In this document: positions 8,557 to 17,033 of the stretch, one piece after another | Layout: each line of letters opens with the position of its first letter | Position numbering within the stretch: position 1 is the stretch's first letter | The notes under the pieces: generated by a model | What the model saw: the letters and a program-made list of their open reading frames with translations, nothing else | Told to the model about the DNA's origin: nothing | Database searches by the model: none | Made by a program: the position numbers and the translations under genes | Assembly: GCA_037140655.1 (NCBI GenBank) | Contig: JBAXEA010000001.1 | Location: forward strand, 1 to 44,518 | Reading direction: 5' to 3' | Length of the DNA stretch: 44,518 nucleotides | Origin: a bacterium | GTDB taxonomy: Bacteria > Patescibacteriota > Minisyncoccia > Phycocordibacterales > UBA9973

Positions 8557-10218
8557 ATGGAAAAATATTCAGACATATTACGAACACTTTTTTTGGCTCG
8601 TGGTATAGAAAATGAGACTGATGCAGAGCTTTTTTTGAATGGAAATTATGAACGAGACTTTCATGATCCTTTTTTAATGCGTGATATGGAGAAAACCTGT
8701 GTTCGTATATATGAAGCTATGGAGGCGAATGAAAAAATTGTAATTTATTCTGACTATGATTGTGACGGTATTCCAGGTGCGGTGATAATGCATGATTTGT
8801 TTGAAAAAGTAGGTTATAAGAATTATGAAATTTATATTCCCGGAAGGAATAATGAAGGTTATGGTTTGAATATGGAAGCAATAGAAGAGTTTGCTAAAAA
8901 AGATGTGAAACTTTTGATAACTATAGATTTAGGAATAACTGCCATATCAGAAGTTCTCCAAGCGGAAGTCTACGGAATAGATGTGATAATCACAGACCAT
9001 CATATACCACACGAAAATCTTCCTCGCGCATATGCGATATTGAATCCGAAAGTAGATGATTATCCAGAAAAAATGTTATGTGGTGCTGGAGTTATTTTTA
9101 AATTGGTTCAAGGTTTTGTAAAAAAATACGGTGAATATTTTAAAATAAATAATGGTTGGGAAAAGTGGATGCTTGATATGGCAGGCCTTGCGACTTTGTC
9201 TGACATGGTTCCGCTCGTAGGGGAGAATAGAGTGATAGCACATTTTGGAATTAAAGTTTTGAGAAAATCTCCACGTCTTGGTTTGCAGAAACTTTTAGCA
9301 CAAATGAAAATAGATCAAAGATATTTAACTGAGGACGATGTTGGCTTTATGATTTCTCCTCGTTTAAATGCTGCGTCTCGTATGGACAATCCATTGCGTG
9401 CTTATGAACTTTTATCTACGACAGATGCAGTCGAAGCAGGGACATTGGCAACTCATTTAACGAAAATAAATGATGAAAGAAAATCAATCGTGGCTGGTAT
9501 TATGCGTGAAGTAAAAAAGAAATTTGAAACAAGAACATTAAATGAAATTATTGTTATTGGTAATCCAGCTTGGCGAGTGGGAGTGCTCGGACTTGTGGCA
9601 GGGAAGATTGCAGATGAATATGAGAAGACAGTTTTTGTCTGGGGGAAAGATGAGAATGAATGTATTAAGGGTTCATGTAGATCAAATGGTTCTATTTCCA
9701 TAGTAGAACTTATGACGAATGCGAGTGGATCGTTTTTAGAATTTGGTGGTCATGAGATGGCAGGCGGTTTTAGTGTTCATGCAGATAAAATTCATTATCT
9801 TGAAGAAGCACTTTTGGAATCTTTAAAGAAAGTAAAAAAAATACAAGGGAAGGAAAAAGAAAAAATAGATATCACTGGTGATCTTAGTTTGGTAAGTATG
9901 AAAAATTGGAAAGAAATAGAAAAACTTTCTCCATTTGGTTTAGCAAATCCAAAACCAATTTTTTCATTTCCAAATTTAAAAATTGAAAAGATTAAAAAAT
10001 TTGGTAAGAATGGTTCAGGAGAACATTTAGAAATTACATTTTCTGATGTTAATAATAAAAAGGCAGTAGCGATTTCTTTTTTCTCAAATCATGAATCTTT
10101 TTCTGTGCAAATAGAAGAAGGAAAGATGGTGAATCTTTTAGCTACTTTTGACCTGTCTCGTTTTCGTGGACGAGAAGAACTTCGTTTGAGAATTATAGAT
10201 ATATTAAGTACAATATAA
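8557..10218 (+). CDS. recJ: Single-stranded-DNA-specific exonuclease RecJ
   Basis: The DHH-family motifs ..YSDYDCDGI.. and ..ITDHHIP.. are present, followed by a DHHA1-like ..GGHEMAGG... 553 aa. Confidence 0.9.
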   Translation: MEKYSDILRTLFLARGIENETDAELFLNGNYERDFHDPFLMRDMEKTCVRIYEAMEANEKIVIYSDYDCDGIPGAVIMHDLFEKVGYKNYEIYIPGRNNEGYGLNMEAIEEFAKKDVKLLITIDLGITAISEVLQAEVYGIDVIITDHHIPHENLPRAYAILNPKVDDYPEKMLCGAGVIFKLVQGFVKKYGEYFKINNGWEKWMLDMAGLATLSDMVPLVGENRVIAHFGIKVLRKSPRLGLQKLLAQMKIDQRYLTEDDVGFMISPRLNAASRMDNPLRAYELLSTTDAVEAGTLATHLTKINDERKSIVAGIMREVKKKFETRTLNEIIVIGNPAWRVGVLGLVAGKIADEYEKTVFVWGKDENECIKGSCRSNGSISIVELMTNASGSFLEFGGHEMAGGFSVHADKIHYLEEALLESLKKVKKIQGKEKEKIDITGDLSLVSMKNWKEIEKLSPFGLANPKPIFSFPNLKIEKIKKFGKNGSGEHLEITFSDVNNKKAVAISFFSNHESFSVQIEEGKMVNLLATFDLSRFRGREELRLRIIDILSTI

Positions 10219-10220
10219 TC

Positions 10221-10973
10221 ATGAAAAAAAATGAAATAATTATTTATACTGATGGAAGTTCGTTGGGAAATCCAGGGAAGGGTGGTTGGGGTTCTGTAAT
10301 TCTTTTTCCTGATGGAAAGGTTGTAGAACTTGGTGGCCACGAAAAAGAATCTACAAACAATAGAATGGAAATGACTGCAGCACTAGAGGCTTTGAATGTG
10401 GTATTAAAAAGAAAACAAAAAGCGAAGACAATTTTAATTCATACTGATTCTTCATATTTATTGAATGGTATCACCATGTGGATCTATGCTTGGGTAAAAA
10501 ATAATTGGCAAACAAAAACTAAAGAAGACGTTTTAAATAAAGATATTTGGGAAGTACTATATAAAGTAGAAAATAATTTAAAAAATAAATACGAAATAGA
10601 ATGGATAAAAGTAAAAGGGCATAACGGAGTATTTTTAAATGAACGTTGTGATGAAATAGCGACTGGTTTCTCAGCACAAACTCACCCAATTTTATTTACA
10701 GGAAATGTAAAAGATTATGAAAAACTTTTCGGTAAAATAACTCATGCAGAAAAGAAAGAAGAAGAAAGTAAAAAAACTATTAAAAAAAGTTCCAGCAAAA
10801 AAGATGCTTATTCTTATGTCTCAGAAGTAGCAGGGAAAATTCATGCAGATAAAACGTGGGTAGAATGTGAGAAACGAGTCAAAGGTAAGTCTGGAGCAAA
10901 ATATAAAAAAGTGTTTTCCAAACAAGAAGAACAAGAGTTGATCGCATTGTGGTCCTTAAAATCATTATTTTAA
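10221..10973 (+). CDS. rnhA: Ribonuclease HI with a C-terminal hybrid-binding-domain-like extension
   Basis: The RNase H fold motifs are ..IYTDGSSLGNPG.., ..NNRMEMTAALEAL.., ..TDSSYL.. and ..GHNGVFLNERCDEIA... The C-terminal about 55 aa (YSYVS..KTWVECEKRVKGKSGAKYKKVFSKQEE) resemble the RNase H1/caulimovirus-VI HBD. Confidence 0.85.
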   Translation: MKKNEIIIYTDGSSLGNPGKGGWGSVILFPDGKVVELGGHEKESTNNRMEMTAALEALNVVLKRKQKAKTILIHTDSSYLLNGITMWIYAWVKNNWQTKTKEDVLNKDIWEVLYKVENNLKNKYEIEWIKVKGHNGVFLNERCDEIATGFSAQTHPILFTGNVKDYEKLFGKITHAEKKEEESKKTIKKSSSKKDAYSYVSEVAGKIHADKTWVECEKRVKGKSGAKYKKVFSKQEEQELIALWSLKSLF

Positions 10974-10985
10974 ATTTAATTTAAA

Positions 10986-12470
10986 ATGCGGGATAAGATA
11001 TTCTACGCAATTTGTTTTGGTTTTATTGCAGGAGTACTGGCACGTTCACTTCTATTTTTAGATTTATATATAACTATTTTGTTTTGCATCATATCTATTG
11101 CTGTTACTGTGTTTTTCGTTTATATATCAAAAAACAAATGGGGAATACTTTCTGGATTTTTTATATTAGCAATTTGCCTTGGTGTTTTGAGGTTTCATTT
11201 TGTTGATTCTGGTTTCACAAATATTTACGATAACCAAATTGGGCAAACAATACAATTAAAAGGTGAAATAGTTGATGAACCAGTGATAAAAGAAAACAAT
11301 CAACAATTGATAATAAGGACGGTCCTTAAAGATTCCCAAAGGACCGTCCTTAAAATATTAGTTTCAACTGATTTTACCGGAGAGTATAAATACGGAGATG
11401 AAATTTCATTGTTTGGAAAATTAAAAAAACCAGAAAATTTTATTACTGATTATGGGAAAGAATTTGATTATATAAATTATTTAAGAAAGGATGGAGTTTT
11501 GTATGTGATGGGTTTTCCGAAAATTGAAATAATTTCTCATGACAATGGAAACAAAATTAAAAGTGCACTCTTTTTTGCAAAAGATAAATTTTTAGAAAAA
11601 ATAAATTCTTCAATCAAAGAACCTGAAAGTTTATTTATGGGAGGATTGATACTAGGGGATAAGGCATCTTTTAGTCAGTCACTCAGGCAGAGCTTTGTGA
11701 ATACTGGCACGATACATATTGTTGCGCTTTCTGGTTATAATGTGACGATAGTCGCAGAATGGATAATGAAATTATTTAAATTCTTACCGAGGAATTTAGG
11801 AATTGGTTTGGGAATTTTTTCTATTATACTTTTTGTAATTATGACTGGTGCAAACTCTACTGCTATCCGGGCTGGTATTATGGCGACACTTGCACTTATT
11901 GCTCGTGCGACAGGACGTAATTATGATGTGGCTCGAGCTCTTATTTTGGCTGGAATACTGATGGTATTTTTAAATCCATTAATTTTAGTTTATGATGTTT
12001 CGTTTCAATTATCATTTATTGCTACCATGGCTGTGATTTTCGTCGCACCTCGTATGGAGAAATATTTTACTTGGGTTACTAAAAAATTTGAATTACGAGA
12101 TATTATCACTGTGACATGTTCAGCATATATTTTTGTCTTGCCATTTATTTTGTATAAGATGGGCACATTATCATTCGTAGAACTTCCTGCCAATGCACTT
12201 ATCTTGCCATTTATTCCATTCACAATGTTGCTTGGTTTTATCACTGGCTTTACTGGATTGTTTTCATTAGTATTAGCTTTTCCATTCGGAATTATTTCGT
12301 ATGTATTTTTACATTATGAACTTTTAGTGATAAATATTTTTTCTAATCTTCCATTCGCATCTCTTTCTATTCCTAACTTTCCACTTATATTAATGCTAGC
12401 AATTTACGCCTATTTTATTTATAGACTTTTTGGTAGAAATATTAAGAAATTTTTTACTGAGCTTCAATAA
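10986..12470 (+). CDS. comEC: ComEC/Rec2 DNA-uptake channel, membrane part only (DUF4131 plus competence domain)
   Basis: Polytopic membrane protein with ..VNTGTIHIVALSGYNVTIV... It lacks the beta-lactamase domain, which is encoded separately at 13062. Confidence 0.85.
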   Translation: MRDKIFYAICFGFIAGVLARSLLFLDLYITILFCIISIAVTVFFVYISKNKWGILSGFFILAICLGVLRFHFVDSGFTNIYDNQIGQTIQLKGEIVDEPVIKENNQQLIIRTVLKDSQRTVLKILVSTDFTGEYKYGDEISLFGKLKKPENFITDYGKEFDYINYLRKDGVLYVMGFPKIEIISHDNGNKIKSALFFAKDKFLEKINSSIKEPESLFMGGLILGDKASFSQSLRQSFVNTGTIHIVALSGYNVTIVAEWIMKLFKFLPRNLGIGLGIFSIILFVIMTGANSTAIRAGIMATLALIARATGRNYDVARALILAGILMVFLNPLILVYDVSFQLSFIATMAVIFVAPRMEKYFTWVTKKFELRDIITVTCSAYIFVLPFILYKMGTLSFVELPANALILPFIPFTMLLGFITGFTGLFSLVLAFPFGIISYVFLHYELLVINIFSNLPFASLSIPNFPLILMLAIYAYFIYRLFGRNIKKFFTELQ

Positions 12471-13047
12471 AGTTTTTTTCTATAACAGACCAATTTAGAT
12501 TTTCAAAAAATGCATCGATGTATTTTTTCTTTTCGGCTGGAGTGTAGTCAGTGAAATACGCATGTTCCCACATATCAAGCGCAAGAATTGGGGTAGTAGA
12601 GACTAAGTGTCCTAAGTGTTGTTCATCCACCCAGTTTTGTAATAGTTGTCCTGTTTTTTTATCATATGAAAGCATTGCCCAACCGATACCTCTTCCGAGA
12701 GCTAAGGTTTTAAATTTATTAAGCCATATATCAAATGATCCGAAATCTTTTTCGATAGCTTTTTTTAGCAATGAATCTTCTTTTAAATTATTTGCACCGT
12801 CTGCTAAAGCACTGAAATAATTTTCATGATTGCGAACGCCACCGAATTCAAAAGCAAAGCGTCTATATAATTCACTTATTAAATAAGCGTTGCTTGTTTC
12901 ATCAGTACTCAGTGCTTCGATTTTTTCTAAAACTACATTAACGTTTTTAACGTAGCCAGCATAAAGTTTTAAATGTTCTTCCATTGTCTTAGAAGATATG
13001 CCCTTAAGTTCTCCAATATTAAAAGTTTTTTGTGTAAATGTTTGCAT
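12454..13047 (-). CDS. Fe/Mn-family superoxide dismutase
   Basis: ..LDMWEHAYFTDY.. matches D-x-W-E-H-A-Y, and ..VRNHENYF.. is also present. The 3' end overlaps the comEC 3' end by 17 nt (convergent). Confidence 0.85.
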   Translation of the reverse strand: MQTFTQKTFNIGELKGISSKTMEEHLKLYAGYVKNVNVVLEKIEALSTDETSNAYLISELYRRFAFEFGGVRNHENYFSALADGANNLKEDSLLKKAIEKDFGSFDIWLNKFKTLALGRGIGWAMLSYDKKTGQLLQNWVDEQHLGHLVSTTPILALDMWEHAYFTDYTPAEKKKYIDAFFENLNWSVIEKNFIEAQ

Positions 13048-13062
13048 GTTAATATTATAGCA
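13047..13062. promoter_or_regulatory. Two overlapping divergent extended -10 boxes in the 14-nt gap between the sod and comEC-MBL start codons
   Basis: The sequence is CAT-GTTAATATTATAGC-ATG. The + strand reads TGtTAATAT-tatagc-ATG(13062). The - strand reads TGcTATAAT-attaac-ATG(13047). Confidence 0.55.
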
Positions 13063-13931
13063 TGCAGAGCAGTGGTAAAAAATATCATTTACTTATTATC
13101 GCTATACTTCTTTTGGTTGTGGTTGTTTATCTCTTTTATTTAGATTGGCAGAATTCTCACCGACAATTCACATTTAGTATGCTTGATGTTGGACAAGGGG
13201 ACGGCCTTTTTATAGAGTCACCGACTGGTACTCAGGTACTTGTCGATGGTGGGCCACCTAAAAAAATATTAAATGAACTTTCAAAAGTTATGCCACCCTT
13301 TGATAAAAGTATTGATGCGATTTTTATAACTAATCCAGATGCAGATCATATAGGAGGATTAATCGATGTATTAAAAAATTATAAAGTTGGTATGGTTTTT
13401 GAACCAGGGACAATTTCGAGTTCTAAAACTTATGAAAATTTAGAAACAGAAATTAAGAATAAAAATATTCCAGATATTTTAGAAAAGCGTGGAATGAAAA
13501 TAGACCTAGGTGGGGGAGCAGTTTTAAATATTTTATTCCCGGATCGTGATGTCTCTAGTTGGGCTACAAATGATGGCTCGATGGTGGCGAGACTTACGTA
13601 TGGTAAAACTTCCATTATGTTGACTGGTGATGCACCGATGAAAACAGAACAAATAATTTTATCTGAAAATTCCAAGCAGGATTTACAAAGTGAGATTTTG
13701 AAAGTTGGGCATCATGGTTCGCGTGGTTCTTCGTCGACAGAATTTGTGCAAGCTGTGGCTCCGAAATATGCTTTGATATCAGTTGGTAAAGATAATAAAT
13801 ATGGGCATCCACACAAAGAGACGTTGGATACACTTTCTCAATTTGGTGTTAAAGTTTTTCGGACAGATTTATTTGGTACGATAATATTAAAATCTGATGG
13901 GCAAAAAGAGTCTTTTAAATTTTTGAAATAA
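13062..13931 (+). CDS. ComEC-type metallo-beta-lactamase-fold domain protein with its own N-terminal TM anchor
   Basis: ..MLDVGQGDGLFIESPTGTQVLVDGG.., ..NPDADHIGG.. and ..VGHHGS.. match the C-terminal MBL domain of ComEC. Confidence 0.85.
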   Translation: MQSSGKKYHLLIIAILLLVVVVYLFYLDWQNSHRQFTFSMLDVGQGDGLFIESPTGTQVLVDGGPPKKILNELSKVMPPFDKSIDAIFITNPDADHIGGLIDVLKNYKVGMVFEPGTISSSKTYENLETEIKNKNIPDILEKRGMKIDLGGGAVLNILFPDRDVSSWATNDGSMVARLTYGKTSIMLTGDAPMKTEQIILSENSKQDLQSEILKVGHHGSRGSSSTEFVQAVAPKYALISVGKDNKYGHPHKETLDTLSQFGVKVFRTDLFGTIILKSDGQKESFKFLK

Positions 13932-13933
13932 AA

Positions 13934-13959
13934 AAAGGAACTGTTGGTACAGTTCCTTT
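13934..13959. terminator. Bidirectional hairpin terminator
   Basis: AAAGGAACTGT-tggt-ACAGTTCCTTT is flanked by an A-run upstream and TTT downstream. The T-run is stronger for the - strand gene. Confidence 0.65.
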
Positions 13960-14020
13960 GGGAGACTAAATTAACTAATTTACTAACGATATATTTGGAC
14001 GTCTCCTTATCTTTATTTTT

Positions 14021-14380
14021 TTATAGTACAGAAATCACCTGATGGTGTTTTTCTAACTCTTCTAATGAATTTGCGCCCCAGCAACAAACTCCATTACCAT
14101 ATTCTTCAAGTAAGAATATTGAGTCTTCTTTGCTCGAATTTATGCCACTGCAAGATTTTCCGATACCAACTACAATAAAAAGTTTTGATTTTATAAAAAT
14201 AAAATCATAACTATTAAAACCATTTTGTTCTTTGTTTAGTTTGCTTGTGTTGATAAGAGCTTTTCCACCACAATTAGTTTTGAAATGAAATTCATCTTCT
14301 GTAATCTTACTTATTATAAGATTGAGTGCTCTCTTTTTGAGAGACTTTTTTCTGTCGGGAAATACTATGGTTGTTTCCAT
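14021..14380 (-). CDS. Hypothetical protein (119 aa)
   Basis: ORF with a downstream terminator. No motif recognised. Confidence 0.5.
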   Translation of the reverse strand: METTIVFPDRKKSLKKRALNLIISKITEDEFHFKTNCGGKALINTSKLNKEQNGFNSYDFIFIKSKLFIVVGIGKSCSGINSSKEDSIFLLEEYGNGVCCWGANSLEELEKHHQVISVL

Positions 14381-14505
14381 AACTTTTTATTTTGTTAATT
14401 TAGGAATATTTTATGAACTGTATTTTCTTCACATTACTACTTGGAGTGTTTGTTGTCAATGTGTTAAATAATGAGTTTTCAACTTTTTTATGAACGCTGA
14501 CTTTG

Positions 14506-14514
14506 TGATAGAAT
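14506..14514 (+). promoter_or_regulatory. Extended -10 box (TGaTAGAAT), 6 nt upstream of the glyA ATG
   Basis: TGATAGAAT-aagaat-ATG(14521). Confidence 0.55.
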
Positions 14515-14520
14515 AAGAAT

Positions 14521-15744
14521 ATGAAAGATAAACAAATTGAAAAACTTATTAAAAGCGAAGCTGTGCGTCAGAAAAGCGTCATTAATCTAATAGCATCTGA
14601 GAACTATGTTTCAAAAGATGTTTTACAAGCACTTGGTTCTGAATTAACAAATAAATATGCTGAAGGTTATCCAGGTAAAAGATATTATGGAGGCAATGTG
14701 ATAATTGATAAAGTTGAAACTCTTTGCCAGGATCGCGCTTTAAAACTTTTTAAATTAAAACCAACAGAGTGGCATGCAAATGTTCAGCTTCTTTCAGGGT
14801 CTCCTGCAAATTTTGCTTTGTATTCGGCCCTCGTTCCACTAGGTGGAAAAATTATGGGCATGAAATTAACTTCAGGTGGGCATTTGACTCATGGTCATCC
14901 ACTTTCGATGACAGGTAAACTTTGGAAACCAATTCAGTTTGAAGTTGATGGAGAGGGGGAAGTGATTGATTATGAAAAATTAAAACAAATTGCTATAGCT
15001 GAAAAACCAGATATTATAGTTTGTGGTTTTACTGCTTATCCAAGGTTTGTTGATTTTAAAAAGTTCCGAGAAATTGCTGATGCTGTGGTTTATCCTGACG
15101 GAAGGAAGGGGGCACTTTTACATGCTGATATTTCTCATTTTGCAGGACTTATAGCAGGTGGAGTTTATCCATCACCATTTCCATATGCAGATTCTGTTAT
15201 GACAACTACTCATAAATCACTTCGTGGTCCACGACAAGCAATTCTTTTTGTAAAAAAAGACGATAGAAATTTTGATAAAAAATTAGACAAGATGATTATC
15301 CCTGGGCTTTTCGGTGGTCCACATGAAAACAATATTGCCGGAGTTGCTATTGCTTTAAAAGAAGCAAGCACAGGTGATTTCAAAAAATATGCAAAACAAG
15401 TTGTGAAAAATGCGAAGACTCTTGCAAGTGAATTACAAAAACTTGGTTGGCATATTATTTCAGGTGGCACTGATTCTCATTTAATATTAGTGGACACATG
15501 GATGAATGGCCCTTCGGCAAGCTCAGGGCAAGTGGGTGGTATTAGTGGCAAGGAGGCAAGCGAACGTTTAGAGAAAGCTGGAATTATCGTAAATATGAAT
15601 ACTATCCCAGGAGACCCACGCAGTGTGATGGATCCATCAGGGATTCGTTTGGGCACTTGTGCAGAGACTACTCGTGGTAGAAAAGAAAAAGATATGATAA
15701 ACATAGCTCGCAAGATGGATAAAGCATTAAGAAATAATAAATAA
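14521..15744 (+). CDS. glyA: Serine hydroxymethyltransferase
   Basis: ..LIASENYVS.., ..YAEGYPGKRYYGG.. and ..TTTHKSLRGPR.. (PLP lysine) are present. It carries an extra NGPSASSGQVG segment (see findings). Confidence 0.95.
   Translation: MKDKQIEKLIKSEAVRQKSVINLIASENYVSKDVLQALGSELTNKYAEGYPGKRYYGGNVIIDKVETLCQDRALKLFKLKPTEWHANVQLLSGSPANFALYSALVPLGGKIMGMKLTSGGHLTHGHPLSMTGKLWKPIQFEVDGEGEVIDYEKLKQIAIAEKPDIIVCGFTAYPRFVDFKKFREIADAVVYPDGRKGALLHADISHFAGLIAGGVYPSPFPYADSVMTTTHKSLRGPRQAILFVKKDDRNFDKKLDKMIIPGLFGGPHENNIAGVAIALKEASTGDFKKYAKQVVKNAKTLASELQKLGWHIISGGTDSHLILVDTWMNGPSASSGQVGGISGKEASERLEKAGIIVNMNTIPGDPRSVMDPSGIRLGTCAETTRGRKEKDMINIARKMDKALRNNK
15510..15532 (+). repeat. GC-rich 23-nt motif CCCTTCGGCAAGCTCAGGGCAAG embedded in frame in glyA
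   Basis: It is 22/23 identical to 26805..26827 in glyQS and is translated PSASSGQ in both. Confidence 0.8.
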
Positions 15745-15745
15745 A

Positions 15746-16324
15746 ATGATTGAAGTAGAGAAAAAATTTGAGACGACAGATGAGCAATTAAAAGCTCTAC
15801 TTGAGGACTCTGTTTTTGTAGAGAATGTTGTAAACCATGACATTTATTATGACTTTTTTGATTTTAGACTTGTGAAAGAAGATATTAGATTTCGATTAAG
15901 AAATGTCGGAGAAAAAAGTTCTTACGAATTAAAAGTCAGAACAAAAGAAGGTGGTGATAATGAAATTGAGGATGCAGAAGAAATAAAAAAGTTTTTTAAA
16001 ACTGAACTTGATTTAAATGAATTTATTGAGAAAAATCTTATTGTCTTTATGGATTATAAAACTGAAAGACAAAAATACAAAAATGGAGAATTCAAAATTG
16101 ATATTGATAGATTAACAACTGATGAGTCGCCTGATTTTGTTTTTAACGTTTGTGAAGTTGAACTTTTGGTTGAAAATGATGATCAAGTGCAAGATGCTCA
16201 AACAAGGATAAAAGATTTTGCAACAAAATATGGAATGAATAAACAAAATATTCCAAAAAGAGAAGCTTACCTAAAAGCAATCAAACCAGAAATTTATAAA
16301 CAAATTACAAGCCACGAAGAATAA
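15746..16324 (+). CDS. CYTH-domain protein (triphosphate tunnel metalloenzyme family)
   Basis: The N-terminal MIEVEKKF matches the ExExK CYTH signature. 192 aa, acidic/basic beta-strand pattern. Confidence 0.8.
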   Translation: MIEVEKKFETTDEQLKALLEDSVFVENVVNHDIYYDFFDFRLVKEDIRFRLRNVGEKSSYELKVRTKEGGDNEIEDAEEIKKFFKTELDLNEFIEKNLIVFMDYKTERQKYKNGEFKIDIDRLTTDESPDFVFNVCEVELLVENDDQVQDAQTRIKDFATKYGMNKQNIPKREAYLKAIKPEIYKQITSHEE

Positions 16325-16327
16325 TTT

Positions 16328-17032
16328 ATGAAAAAACAAAAATACAAAGGAAAATTAATTGTTATTGATGGAACAGATGGGTCAGGTAAGGCTACGCAAG
16401 TGGATTTACTGATTAAGAGATTAAAGAAAGAAGGGAAGACTGTAAAGATGGTAGATTTTCCAGAATACTACAAAAATTTTTTTGGAAAATTTTTGGGACA
16501 TTGTTTGAGTGAACAATATTATAATTTTCTGAATGTGCACCCTAAGATCGTTTCTATTTTGTATGCGGCTGATCGTTGGGAGTCTGGTAAGGAAATGCGT
16601 GAATGGTTGGAAAAAGGTTATGTAGTTGTAGCGAATCGTTATGTTTCAGCCAATCAAATTCACCAAGCAGGAAAAATAAAAAGTGCTAAAAAAAGAGATG
16701 ACTTTATGAAATGGTTGGACGAGATGGAATACGAAGTTTTTGGTATTCCTCGTCCAGATATTACTCTGTATTTAAGTTTACCGATAAATATTGTTTTGCA
16801 ACTTTTGAAAGAGCGAGAAAGTAGTAAAATGAAAAGAGCATATTTAAAAAACAAAAAAGATGTCGCTGAAAATGATACACAATATTTAATAAATTCAAGA
16901 AAGAGCGCGATGAAACTTGAAAAAGAAATTCCAAACTTTATTAAAATAGAATGTTCAGAAAAAGGAAAAATTCTATCTCGTGAACAAATTCATGAAATGG
17001 TTTATGATAAAGTTAAAAAGGTAGTTAAATAA
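16328..17032 (+). CDS. tmk: Thymidylate kinase-like protein
   Basis: The P-loop is ..IVIDGTDGSGKATQ.., followed by ..ADRW.. and ..ANRYVSANQIHQ.. blocks. Confidence 0.8.
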   Translation: MKKQKYKGKLIVIDGTDGSGKATQVDLLIKRLKKEGKTVKMVDFPEYYKNFFGKFLGHCLSEQYYNFLNVHPKIVSILYAADRWESGKEMREWLEKGYVVVANRYVSANQIHQAGKIKSAKKRDDFMKWLDEMEYEVFGIPRPDITLYLSLPINIVLQLLKERESSKMKRAYLKNKKDVAENDTQYLINSRKSAMKLEKEIPNFIKIECSEKGKILSREQIHEMVYDKVKKVVK

Positions 17033-17033
17033 T

